A stretch of DNA of 64,000 bases from a virus (Duplodnaviria; Heunggongvirae; Uroviricota; Caudoviricetes), in IMG/VR virus record IMGVR_UViG_3300031555_002005, one strand, 5' to 3'. A program made the position numbers and the translations under genes. Shown piece by piece: positions 42,304 to 51,567 of the stretch. Each line of letters starts with the position of its first letter. Position 1 is the stretch's first letter. The notes beneath the pieces are model-generated. The model had not been told where the DNA came from and did no database searches. It saw only the letters and a program-made list of their open reading frames with translations.

Positions 42304-43200
42304 ATGAACAGACCTAGTTTAATTTTACTTGTCGGAATTCCCGGCTCAGGCAAAACTACATACGCAGAAAAATATATTAAAGAGAATCCCAATACAGTAC
42401 ATCTTTCCTCCGACAAGATTCGTGAAGAACTTTGGGGTAATGAAGCTACTCAGGGCGACAACAACAAAGTGTTTTCTCTGATGCAGTCTAGAGCAATTGA
42501 AGCACTGAATAACGGACAGTCTGTGGTATATGACGCTACGAACATTACAAGAAAAGACAGATCTTACATTATCACTCTTTGCCCTAAGTTTGCTAAGATT
42601 GAGTGCCATATTATTTGGGCACCTATTGAGACTTGCATCGAGAGAGACGCTGCCAGAGAACGCACTGTTGGCAAGGAAGTCATTGATAGAATGCTTAAGC
42701 GATTCCAGGCACCTTATTATGATGAAGGGTTTGATGGTATCTATATTCGTTATTCTGATGACAATTTTAATGCAAAAGAATACAGTAAAAAGATAGTTAT
42801 GAACATGGATATCCCTCATGATAACCCTCATCACACTTTGAATATTTTAGATCATTGTGCTGAAGCAGGATCATATTTTTATGAAAGAGGTCAGTATGAC
42901 GAAGTGTGGGTGGCAGCTATGTATCATGACATAGGAAAACCATACGTAAAAGCATTTGTTGATAGCAAAGGTAATCCTTGTGAGAATGCTCATTACTACC
43001 AGCATCAATGTTTGGGTTCATATATGTATTATGGAATGACTAGTGAAATTGGTGGTACTAGTGACACATGGGTAAAAATTGCTTGGCTGATTTCCACACA
43101 TATGGATCCTTATCTAAATACGAAATATTACAATAGACTTCCTGCTTATCTAAAGAAACAGGTAGATTTGCTTCACGAGGCGGACAGGAATGCACATTAA
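42304..43200 (+). CDS. polynucleotide kinase (P-loop) fused to HD phosphohydrolase (Pnkp-like)
   Basis: Start ATG 42304; GIPGSGKTT; C-terminal MYHDIGKP ... HMDP. Confidence 0.75.
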   Translation: MNRPSLILLVGIPGSGKTTYAEKYIKENPNTVHLSSDKIREELWGNEATQGDNNKVFSLMQSRAIEALNNGQSVVYDATNITRKDRSYIITLCPKFAKIECHIIWAPIETCIERDAARERTVGKEVIDRMLKRFQAPYYDEGFDGIYIRYSDDNFNAKEYSKKIVMNMDIPHDNPHHTLNILDHCAEAGSYFYERGQYDEVWVAAMYHDIGKPYVKAFVDSKGNPCENAHYYQHQCLGSYMYYGMTSEIGGTSDTWVKIAWLISTHMDPYLNTKYYNRLPAYLKKQVDLLHEADRNAH

Positions 43201-43225
43201 GTAATTAAAAATAAAAGATGCATAG

Positions 43226-43242
43226 ACGATACAAAATTAATG
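43226..43242 (+). promoter_or_regulatory. ACAATACAAAATTAAT box copy (variant)
   Basis: acgatacaaaattaatg upstream of LAGLIDADG gene. Confidence 0.5.
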
Positions 43243-43260
43243 TAAAATTGGAGTGGTTCT

Positions 43261-44049
43261 ATGCCAAATAAAATTGATAAAAAAACAGAAAAAGATATAA
43301 TTGATTTATATAATAATGGATACGGGACTATGGAAATATCACAAAAATGTGAAATTCATAGAGCAACTGTTCAAAGAATTTTAAAAAGAAATAATATAGA
43401 TTTACGTAAACGTACACCTGTACATTATGACATTCATTTCTTTGACGAATACAATGAAAATAGTTGTTATTGGGCAGGGTTTATTGCAGCAGATGGATAT
43501 GTGAGATCCGACAGAGCAGCTGTAACAATACATTTAGCAAGTGTAGATTATGAGCATTTGTTAAAACTTGCCAAATTAACCAATTATGAAGGGAACGTCA
43601 AACTCAATAAGAATGATTGTTATATTACATTTGCTGGCAAATGGTTTCAAGATGCTCTAGATAAAAATTTTAATATACGTCCAAATAAAACATTTGATAT
43701 TACAATTCCAGACAAAATTCCAGAAGATATGGTTAAACATTTTATTCGTGGTTACTTTGATGGCGATGGTAGTGTAACTCATACAAACAATTATTTACGC
43801 ATTAATTTCACTTCTGGATCTGAAACTATGCTTCAACAGATTATGAATTTTGTATATAACAATAATATATTAGTTCGAAATAATACTGGAATGCCACCAA
43901 TCCATCAATATGTAATTAACTATTCTTGTAGTGTTGCATATAAAATTCTAGACATATTATATGGATGTTCATCAGACTTAACAAGACTGGATAGAAAATA
44001 TCAATTATATTTAAGTTATAAAAAATCTAAAAGTCCATTGGCAAATTAA
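43261..44049 (+). CDS. LAGLIDADG homing endonuclease with N-terminal HTH
   Basis: GFIAADGYV and GYFDGDGSV motifs; free-standing between Pnkp-like and Thg1-like genes. Confidence 0.85.
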   Translation: MPNKIDKKTEKDIIDLYNNGYGTMEISQKCEIHRATVQRILKRNNIDLRKRTPVHYDIHFFDEYNENSCYWAGFIAADGYVRSDRAAVTIHLASVDYEHLLKLAKLTNYEGNVKLNKNDCYITFAGKWFQDALDKNFNIRPNKTFDITIPDKIPEDMVKHFIRGYFDGDGSVTHTNNYLRINFTSGSETMLQQIMNFVYNNNILVRNNTGMPPIHQYVINYSCSVAYKILDILYGCSSDLTRLDRKYQLYLSYKKSKSPLAN

Positions 44050-44069
44050 TTTGATTGGAGAATAATATT

Positions 44070-44903
44070 ATGGATACAAGTGAACTAGCAAAAAGAATGA
44101 AAGACTATGAGTCTGTGCCAAAAGCAAGGCTGATGAGGCGTTGTCCCGTGGCATGTCGTATTGACGGAAAGGCTCACCATAGCTTTACAAAAGGATTCAA
44201 AAGACCGTTTGACGAAGTTTATATTAAGTCGATGCAGAAAACAGCAAAATATTTATGTGAAAATGTACAAGGTGTTGTGCTGTCATATCAGCAGTCAGAT
44301 GAAATTACTTTGATTTTAATTGACTATAAAGAATTCAACACATCTCCATATTTTGACTACGAAATTCAAAAGCTGTGTTCAATTCTAGCTTCTATGGCAA
44401 CTATGGCGTTCAATAAGTTTTTTGCAAACGAATGTTGTCAGTGGTTTGAAAATAACATTGATTGGAGTGACCTAGACGTTGTCGCAGCAGATGAAGATAT
44501 CAAGAAGTTGTTTAATGCCTATACCAAGGCTTGTGAAAAAGGTGCAATGTTCGATGCTAGAGTATTTAATATCCCTAAGGAAGAAGTCATGAACCTTCTA
44601 TATTGGAGACAGTTAGATGCTACTAGAAACAGCATTCAAATGGTTGGGCAGGCAAACTTCTCTCATAATCAGCTTCACGGTAAGAACTGTAGCGATATTC
44701 AGGATATGTTAATGTTCGAAAAGGGCATCAACTGGAACGATTATCCGACTCACCTAAAGCGTGGCAGCTGTTGTATTAAGAAACCTTTCAAGATTAATGA
44801 GGGCACCGAGCAGGAAACAGTTCGTAACAAATGGGTAATTGACACTGAGATACCTATTTTCACGCAAGATAAAGATTATGTAAATAAATTGATTTTTATT
44901 TAA
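44070..44903 (+). CDS. tRNA-His guanylyltransferase-like protein (Thg1/TLP, 3'-5' polymerase)
   Basis: ACRIDGKAHHSFTKGFKRPFDE, SYQQSDEITL; start ATG 44070 (track 44055 TTG). Confidence 0.85.
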   Translation: MDTSELAKRMKDYESVPKARLMRRCPVACRIDGKAHHSFTKGFKRPFDEVYIKSMQKTAKYLCENVQGVVLSYQQSDEITLILIDYKEFNTSPYFDYEIQKLCSILASMATMAFNKFFANECCQWFENNIDWSDLDVVAADEDIKKLFNAYTKACEKGAMFDARVFNIPKEEVMNLLYWRQLDATRNSIQMVGQANFSHNQLHGKNCSDIQDMLMFEKGINWNDYPTHLKRGSCCIKKPFKINEGTEQETVRNKWVIDTEIPIFTQDKDYVNKLIFI

Positions 44904-44911
44904 AAAAGTTC

Positions 44912-44939
44912 TTGACAAACAAAGAATATATGATATAAT
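44912..44939 (+). promoter_or_regulatory. sigma70-type promoter
   Basis: TTGACA-N16-TATAAT. Confidence 0.8.
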
Positions 44940-44954
44940 ACACACAGTTAAATA

Positions 44955-44971
44955 ACAACACAAAATTAATT
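44955..44971 (+). promoter_or_regulatory. ACAATACAAAATTAAT box copy (variant)
   Basis: acaacacaaaattaatt then RBS AAGGAG. Confidence 0.5.
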
Positions 44972-44986
44972 AAGGAGAAAAACATT

Positions 44987-45595
44987 GTGGGTAAATATCA
45001 GAAAAAAGTAAATCGCTTTTCTCAAATTCAAAAAGTAGTGATTTACGTAATCATTTTTGCTATTGTGATTATGACTCCCGTTGTAAGTCAACGAGTCAAG
45101 TACGAAAAGCAAATTGCAGAAATTAATGCCAATCACGAAGAAGAGATGGTTGCTCTTCGTGCAGAATTACAGAGTGATTACGAATCCAAAGTCTCTGAAC
45201 TTGAACAATACTATGAATATGGTGGAGATGTTTCTCAGATCGAACGAGAAGCAGAATACATCGCAAAGGTTATTTATGGCACTGCTCGCAATCATGTGGA
45301 TTCCGATAAGAAAGCTGTTGTGTGGTGTATCTTAAATCGAGTTGAACATTATGCCCACCCTGACACTATTGCAGAAGTTTGTGAACAGCCTAAACAGTGG
45401 ATGGGCTACTCTAGTGACAATCCAGTTTTAACTGAGAATTATGATTTAGCTCTAGCTGAATTAAAGACCTGGTATAACGATGGTCATCGCCCTATGAGTA
45501 GTGACTACATCTATTTATCTTGGTCTTCCAAGGAAATTCTGTTGCGAGATACTTTTGAAGAAAACAAGAACACCCATTATTGGCGTATGAGATAA
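44987..45595 (+). CDS. membrane-anchored cell-wall hydrolase (SleB/CwlJ Hydrolase_2-like)
   Basis: N-terminal TM; AKVIYGTARN...VVWCILNRVEH...QPKQW. Confidence 0.7.
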   Translation: MGKYQKKVNRFSQIQKVVIYVIIFAIVIMTPVVSQRVKYEKQIAEINANHEEEMVALRAELQSDYESKVSELEQYYEYGGDVSQIEREAEYIAKVIYGTARNHVDSDKKAVVWCILNRVEHYAHPDTIAEVCEQPKQWMGYSSDNPVLTENYDLALAELKTWYNDGHRPMSSDYIYLSWSSKEILLRDTFEENKNTHYWRMR

Positions 45596-45607
45596 AGGAG
45601 ACTTTAA

Positions 45608-46156
45608 ATGAAGAGTTCAAAGATTGTATTAATTACTATTGCAATTATTATTGCAACTATTCTACTGGGTGTATTTGCATTCCAGGGTGTGCAGAATAAA
45701 GCAATTTCCCTAGAGGAGCAGATTTACACTGCATACTCTGACATTGATGTTCAGCAGAAGCGCAGAGCAGACCTTATTCCCAATCTGGTAGACTGCGTTA
45801 AAGCATATGACAAGCATGAATATCAGACTCTGATGGACGTTGTGAGCGCAAGAGGCACTGATTCTGACCAGTCTGTAGCAGAAATCCAGACTATGATTCA
45901 GGCGGTTGCAGAAGCGTATCCTGACCTGAAGAGCAATGAGAACTATAAGGAGCTTATGAATGAGCTTGCAACCACAGAGAATCTAATTGCAAACTACCGT
46001 AGCAACTATAATAAATGGATCAAGAGCTATAATCAGTATGTTCGCAAGTTCCCTAACAAGCAGATTCTAAGTATGCTTGGCTATGAAGCAGTTGCCTATA
46101 CTTATTTGGACTATAATACGTCTGCCGATGCCCCTACTAATTTGTTTGGTGATTAA
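45608..46156 (+). CDS. lemA: LemA family membrane protein
   Basis: N-terminal TM; QQKRRADLIPNLV...YNxxVRKFPN. Confidence 0.8.
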   Translation: MKSSKIVLITIAIIIATILLGVFAFQGVQNKAISLEEQIYTAYSDIDVQQKRRADLIPNLVDCVKAYDKHEYQTLMDVVSARGTDSDQSVAEIQTMIQAVAEAYPDLKSNENYKELMNELATTENLIANYRSNYNKWIKSYNQYVRKFPNKQILSMLGYEAVAYTYLDYNTSADAPTNLFGD

Positions 46157-46158
46157 TA

Positions 46159-46911
46159 ATGAAAGTTACAAAACGAGAAGTTCTGTTTAGCATTGTTATT
46201 GTTTGTGCCATGCTCATCATTGGTATTGTTATTGCTGGCAATATCAATGATGCAGTTATGGAAAAGCAGCAAGAATATATTACTGCATTGCAAATTAATA
46301 ATGATAAAGACCTATTTGAATATGGTATGAGAACGAACGTTGGTAATGCATTTGTATATGGTGAGCTAAAAGCTGTTGACACCGTGACGTTCGATGAAAT
46401 TGGTGGAGAATATTCATATGTTGAAAAAGTCAAAGAGAGATACACAAGACACACCAGAACCGTAACAAAAACTAGAACTGTTAATGGCAAGACTCAAACA
46501 TATACTGAAACAGAAGTGTATTGGACCTGGGATGAAGTAGATAGTTGGGATAAACATTCTGAGAAAATTACATTTTTAGACGTTGAGTTTGATTATGGTA
46601 AAATTAATTTTCCCAGTGAACGTCATATTGACACACAAGATGGCGGATATCATATTAGATATGTATACTATGGTGCACCAACATACAGCATTGGTACAAT
46701 TTATACAAATTTAAAAGATGATACAATTTCTAACTATACCACTATGTATCATAACTGCACAATTGAAGAAACTCTTGAGATTAAAACAAACGATTTTGGA
46801 ATTATATTCTTTTGGATTTGTTGGGTTTTCCTAACTGGCGTAGTTGTTTATGGATTCTATTATATCGACAATAGGTGGCTCGAAGACAACTATAGAAGAA
46901 GATATTATTAA
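46159..46911 (+). CDS. membrane protein (LemA partner position)
   Basis: TM helices at both ends; ATAATG coupling to lemA. Confidence 0.7.
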   Translation: MKVTKREVLFSIVIVCAMLIIGIVIAGNINDAVMEKQQEYITALQINNDKDLFEYGMRTNVGNAFVYGELKAVDTVTFDEIGGEYSYVEKVKERYTRHTRTVTKTRTVNGKTQTYTETEVYWTWDEVDSWDKHSEKITFLDVEFDYGKINFPSERHIDTQDGGYHIRYVYYGAPTYSIGTIYTNLKDDTISNYTTMYHNCTIEETLEIKTNDFGIIFFWICWVFLTGVVVYGFYYIDNRWLEDNYRRRYY

Positions 46912-46917
46912 TTTATA

Positions 46918-46948
46918 CGGGTCACGGCAAAACTGTGGCCCGTTTTTT
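46918..46948 (+). terminator. rho-independent terminator
   Basis: cgggtcac-N9-gtggcccg then TTTTTT. Confidence 0.85.
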
Positions 46949-46964
46949 GTATATATTGTCAATA

Positions 46965-46993
46965 TTGACAATACAAAATTAATGTGGTATAAT
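46965..46993 (+). promoter_or_regulatory. sigma70-type promoter with box as -35/spacer
   Basis: TTGACAatacaaaattaatgtggTATAAT. Confidence 0.85.
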
Positions 46994-47021
46994 AGCGATG
47001 CTAGAAAGGAGTTGGAATTAT

Positions 47022-48749
47022 TTGAAATATAAACTAATAGGAAGCAATGATACAAATAATATAATTAAAACAATATTAAACAACAGAGGAATAGAAGACT
47101 GGAATGGGTACATTAACCTTAGTAAAGCTCCACGAGACACATATGATAACTTGGATAATATTGCAAAAGCTGTTTTTGCGTTTGATTTGCACTATGTACA
47201 GAAACATCCAATTGCAATTCTTGTGGACAATGACGTTGATGGTGTTTGTAGTAGTACATTAATGTACAGGTTTATTAAGACACTTGATCCAGATTACGAT
47301 GTTAGAATGTATGTTCACAGAAAAAATAAGAGTCATGGACTAGATGGAGACTTCGACATTGACAGTGATATTAAGTTGTTAATTGTGCCAGATGCAGGAT
47401 CCAACGATGTTGCAGAGCATAAAAGACTGTATTACGAGCTTGGAATTGATTGTTTGTGTTTAGACCATCACCAAGTAACTGTTGATACAAGCAAGAGCCC
47501 AGCGATCATTGTTAACAATCAAACAAGTGATAGATATGAAAACAAAGGATGCTGTGGCGCATCAGTGACACTAGAATTCTGCAGAGCACTAGAAGAATTT
47601 TATTGGGAAGACGTATGCGACGATCTGTTAGACCTTGCCGCTGTGGCAAATGTATGTGACATTATGCCAATCACTGAATTTGAAACTAGAGCAGTAATTA
47701 ATGAGGGCTTGTCTAATATAAACAACAAGATGCTACAAGAAATCATTAAAGCTCAAGACTTCTCCATGAAAGGTATTGTGAGTCCACATACAGTAGGTTT
47801 TTATGTTGGCCCTCTAATCAATGCTTTTATTCGCATGGCAACTTTTGAAGAGCGTCAACTACTTGTTCGAGCATTTTGCGAAGATGAGTCTGAAACTTTT
47901 TCGTACACAAAACGTGGAGAATCACTACCAACTGAAGAGAACATTTATGAACATGTTGTTCGACTAATGAAGTCATATAAGGGCAAACAAGACCGACAGA
48001 GACAAAATACTTTACCTACGCTTGTAAACAAGGGTAAAGAGTGTGATGGTAACGTTGCACTTATTGATGCCACTGGCATTATTGACACATCTCTAACAGG
48101 AGTTGTGGCAATCAAGGTTTCAGAATCTTTAAACAAGCCAACATTACTTTTACAACAAAGAAATGACAAAGTGTATGGAGGAAGTGGCAGAGTATTTGAT
48201 AACTGTCCAATAGAAGACTTCAGAGCACTTGTTGATGAATGTCCTTACACCACCTTGGCACAAGGGCACCCAGGTGCATTCGGAATTGAGATTCCAGTTG
48301 AGAATATAGGACTTGCAAGAGATTGGCTTAACGAGCGGCTTGCGAATGTTGATATGGATAAAGTCTACAACGTTGACTTCGAAATCAACGCAGAAAATCT
48401 TTCTATTCCAATGTTCCAAGCGCTTGACCAAAACAAAACACTTTGGGGACATAACGTTAACGAACCTTTGTTCGCAATTAATAATCTACACATATCTTCT
48501 GAGAACTCTAGAATCTGTGGCAAAAGTCAAAATACAATTCAGATTTATGATGAAGTAGCAAACGTAAAGTATGTTATGTTCTTCTGCAATGGAGCAGAGG
48601 AACTGTATCAATGGATTAGTAATAACTGGGGAGATGATAAAGCAGTTATTACTGTTATTGGTACACTTGGATTGAGCTTGTATGAAGGTAAGCTAGATAG
48701 TCAAGTTATTATTAAGGATGCAAGAATAGAAAAAACAATACAAAATTAA
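47022..48749 (+). CDS. RecJ-like DHH-family ssDNA exonuclease
   Basis: DNDVDGVCS, VPDAGSND, LDHHQV (DHH); start likely TTG 47022 (RBS AAAGGAG) because track ATG 46998 lies at the predicted TSS. Confidence 0.8.
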   Translation: MKYKLIGSNDTNNIIKTILNNRGIEDWNGYINLSKAPRDTYDNLDNIAKAVFAFDLHYVQKHPIAILVDNDVDGVCSSTLMYRFIKTLDPDYDVRMYVHRKNKSHGLDGDFDIDSDIKLLIVPDAGSNDVAEHKRLYYELGIDCLCLDHHQVTVDTSKSPAIIVNNQTSDRYENKGCCGASVTLEFCRALEEFYWEDVCDDLLDLAAVANVCDIMPITEFETRAVINEGLSNINNKMLQEIIKAQDFSMKGIVSPHTVGFYVGPLINAFIRMATFEERQLLVRAFCEDESETFSYTKRGESLPTEENIYEHVVRLMKSYKGKQDRQRQNTLPTLVNKGKECDGNVALIDATGIIDTSLTGVVAIKVSESLNKPTLLLQQRNDKVYGGSGRVFDNCPIEDFRALVDECPYTTLAQGHPGAFGIEIPVENIGLARDWLNERLANVDMDKVYNVDFEINAENLSIPMFQALDQNKTLWGHNVNEPLFAINNLHISSENSRICGKSQNTIQIYDEVANVKYVMFFCNGAEELYQWISNNWGDDKAVITVIGTLGLSLYEGKLDSQVIIKDARIEKTIQN

Positions 48750-48751
48750 TA
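48735..48751 (+). promoter_or_regulatory. ACAATACAAAATTAAT box copy
   Basis: acaatacaaaattaata encodes C-terminal TIQN-stop of the RecJ-like gene. Confidence 0.6.
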
Positions 48752-48767
48752 TAAAAGGAGCAATAAA

Positions 48768-49937
48768 ATGATTCATTCTTATCAGAAACCTTTGAGTGGC
48801 AAAAGTGTTGGTGTAGTATTTGGCTCTTTTGCCCCTCTACACCAAGGTCATCTGGACTGCATTATGAGGGCAAAGAAAGAAAATGATGGCGGCGCAATTG
48901 TAATCGTTTGCGGATTCGACGGTGACAAGGGTGGTAAAATGATGCCACTAAAGCGAAGATACAGATATGTTAGAGAGTTCTTCTCTGATGATGATTTGGT
49001 TGCTGTATATGCAATTGATGACGGTGAGATTGGCGCAGAGCCTTATCCTAATGGTTGGGAAAAGTGGCTCGACGAGTTTTGGAATATTTGGGAAAAGGCC
49101 ACTGAGCTATCTTGGAAAGAAACAGATGGTCCAGAAGGTTTTGAAACTAGTGTTAGTTTGGAACGTCCTAAGCGCCACTGGTATGCAGGTGACCCTAATT
49201 ATGTGAGTGACCTCGTTGAACGTGGCGAAGAAGCAACTCTGCTTGACCGTGTAGCAGACAATCCTATTTGTGCAACAATGATTCGTCAGAATCCTATTAA
49301 GCACTGGGATAAAATTACTTTCCCCTTCCGTCGTCTGTTTAGCCACAACATTCTAATTTGTGGCACAGCATCTGAAGGTAAATCAACTCTTACAACGGAT
49401 CTTGGTAAGTATTTCAATGCGCCTTATAGCTATGAATGGGCACGTGACTATATGAGAGAAAGTTGCGTTATTGACTGGGAACTAGATGGCGCAGATTATA
49501 TGGCTTTCCTTGAAGGCCAGTACAACCTAAACAAGCAGATGATTAATTCTCCTGGCAATCATGGCATTTTCTTTGCTGATTCTGACTCTATGGTAACTAG
49601 AATGTATGCAGAGTATTATGCTCAGGATGAAACTTGTGCGCTTACTCAAGAAGAATTTGAACGAGTAGCAGTAATGGCCGATGAAATTACACGTAAATCT
49701 CGTTGGGACAAGATCTTCTTACTGGCACCGCATGGTGTATTTGTTGACGACCATGAAAGATATATGGCTCATTCTGGCATGAAGGAACGGCAAGAGCTAT
49801 TTGAAATCCTATGCAGAAACATTAAGGAATCTGGAAACTGGGACAAGGTTACAATTCTAACTGGAAACTATTACGAAAATTTCATGGCAATTGTAAGTTA
49901 TGTAAAAGATCGAATTGAGAAAGGCATGGCTGATTAA
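48768..49937 (+). CDS. nadR: NadR-type bifunctional NMN adenylyltransferase / ribosylnicotinamide kinase
   Basis: GVVFGSFAPLHQGHLDCIMRA (HxGH) plus P-loop CGTASEGKST. Confidence 0.85.
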   Translation: MIHSYQKPLSGKSVGVVFGSFAPLHQGHLDCIMRAKKENDGGAIVIVCGFDGDKGGKMMPLKRRYRYVREFFSDDDLVAVYAIDDGEIGAEPYPNGWEKWLDEFWNIWEKATELSWKETDGPEGFETSVSLERPKRHWYAGDPNYVSDLVERGEEATLLDRVADNPICATMIRQNPIKHWDKITFPFRRLFSHNILICGTASEGKSTLTTDLGKYFNAPYSYEWARDYMRESCVIDWELDGADYMAFLEGQYNLNKQMINSPGNHGIFFADSDSMVTRMYAEYYAQDETCALTQEEFERVAVMADEITRKSRWDKIFLLAPHGVFVDDHERYMAHSGMKERQELFEILCRNIKESGNWDKVTILTGNYYENFMAIVSYVKDRIEKGMAD

Positions 49938-50429
49938 ATGGCTAAAATGTATTTAATGTGCGGTTGCAGTGGCGCAGGAAAGACAACATTTGCAAAAGAG
50001 TTTGCCAAGAAAAATAGCCTTAAGTATTTAGGTATTGATGATTTCTACGCACTAGTCAATGGTGATGAATGTATACACACTAATTCATTTGAAGTGTGGA
50101 TTGAATTTTATAAAGCAATTCATGAAGCAGAGATTAATAATCTTGACGTAGTTATTGATACAAATGCAATTACTCGTTCTCATCGTGAACAGTTTATTGA
50201 TTGGTTTCCAACTTTTGAACATCATCTAATTTACATTAAAGCTACACATGACCTAAGAAAGCAGAACAATAAATCTCGTCGCAGACAAGTTCCAGACGAT
50301 GTAATGGATAAAATGCGTGACCAATTTCAAATACCTTTGTTGAGTGAAAAGTTTAAAACAATCACAATAATTAGAAACGTTGATAATAATTTTAGAGTAC
50401 CTATTGTATTAAAAGGAGAAGCAAAATGA
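49938..50429 (+). CDS. P-loop kinase/ATPase (AAA_33-like)
   Basis: GCSGAGKTTFA Walker A. Confidence 0.6.
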   Translation: MAKMYLMCGCSGAGKTTFAKEFAKKNSLKYLGIDDFYALVNGDECIHTNSFEVWIEFYKAIHEAEINNLDVVIDTNAITRSHREQFIDWFPTFEHHLIYIKATHDLRKQNNKSRRRQVPDDVMDKMRDQFQIPLLSEKFKTITIIRNVDNNFRVPIVLKGEAK

Positions 50430-51118
50430 AGAATTGGGTATTGAAGAATTTTTGGAATGGATACACTCTTTTCGAGAAGCTGTTTATGCTAGTAGCAGTA
50501 GCAATGCAGGTGATTGTCTTTATGATTACACCTGATAGTTGGCTAAATATCGTAGCTGGCCTTGCTGGTGTAGTGTCTGTTATTATGTGCGCCAAGGGTA
50601 GAACCATGTTCTATTTTATTGGCTTTATTCAGACGGTAACGTATCTGGTTCTTGCATGGCAGAATAGATTTTATGGCGAAGTGCTTGAAAACATTTTCTA
50701 CTTTGTAACTATGATTTTGGGCATTTTTGAGTGGAAGAAGAATGAAGTCACCAATGCTGACGGTACTGAGGATGTTATTGCCAAGAAGTTCAGTCCCACT
50801 CAGTGGATTCTGTCTATTGCTGGCACTGTAATTGCAACGATGGCTATGGGTTACTGGTTAGACGGTATTGGTAGCGCACAGGCATATACAGATGCAGCTA
50901 CTAATGTTATGGCTATCTTTGCTCAGCTTTTAATGGTTTGGAGATTCCGTGAGCAGTGGATTTGGTGGATCGTAATTGATCTGTTCTGCATCAAGATGTG
51001 GTTCGTTGCAGGTAATTGGTCCATGGTTGCAATGTACATTGTTTGGACTGTAAATGCAATTTATGGTTGGATTAATTGGAGTAAGTTGAACAAGATTCAG
51101 AGCGTTAAGGAGGCTTAA
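50426..51118 (+). CDS. pnuC: PnuC nicotinamide riboside transporter
   Basis: 7 predicted TM helices, W/F-rich pattern typical of PnuC; adjacent to nadR. Confidence 0.75.
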   Translation: MKNWVLKNFWNGYTLFEKLFMLVAVAMQVIVFMITPDSWLNIVAGLAGVVSVIMCAKGRTMFYFIGFIQTVTYLVLAWQNRFYGEVLENIFYFVTMILGIFEWKKNEVTNADGTEDVIAKKFSPTQWILSIAGTVIATMAMGYWLDGIGSAQAYTDAATNVMAIFAQLLMVWRFREQWIWWIVIDLFCIKMWFVAGNWSMVAMYIVWTVNAIYGWINWSKLNKIQSVKEA

Positions 51119-51120
51119 AT

Positions 51121-51567
51121 ATGACACTAGAAAAGCTACAGTCTGAAATGGTTCAGGCTATGAAGGACAAAGATAAACTACGCAAGTCCGTACTTTCTGG
51201 ACTTGTGGACGCAGTAAAGAAAGCATCTATGACCAATAATGGTCGTATTGAAATTACAGAGCAGCTTGTTGATGAAGTTCTGTTAAAGTATAAGAAAATG
51301 GTTCAAGAACAGATTGACACTTGTCCTGCAAAGCGCATTGAAACTCTTGAAGAGTATAAGGCGCAGATGGCAGTTGTTACCGAATTTGCACCTACTCTGA
51401 TCACTGATGAAACTGAGATTCATTATCTCATTCTTGACATTGTTAATAATGAACATGAATTCTCAAAATCAAATAGAGGCGTTCTTATGAAGATTCTTGC
51501 TCCTGTACTGAAGGGTAAGGCAGATATGAGTATTGTTAATAAGGTACTTGGAGGAATGTTGCAGTGA
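51121..51567 (+). CDS. GatB/YqeY-domain protein
   Basis: N-terminus LQSEMVQAMKDKDKLRKSVL typical of YqeY. Confidence 0.75.
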   Translation: MTLEKLQSEMVQAMKDKDKLRKSVLSGLVDAVKKASMTNNGRIEITEQLVDEVLLKYKKMVQEQIDTCPAKRIETLEEYKAQMAVVTEFAPTLITDETEIHYLILDIVNNEHEFSKSNRGVLMKILAPVLKGKADMSIVNKVLGGMLQ

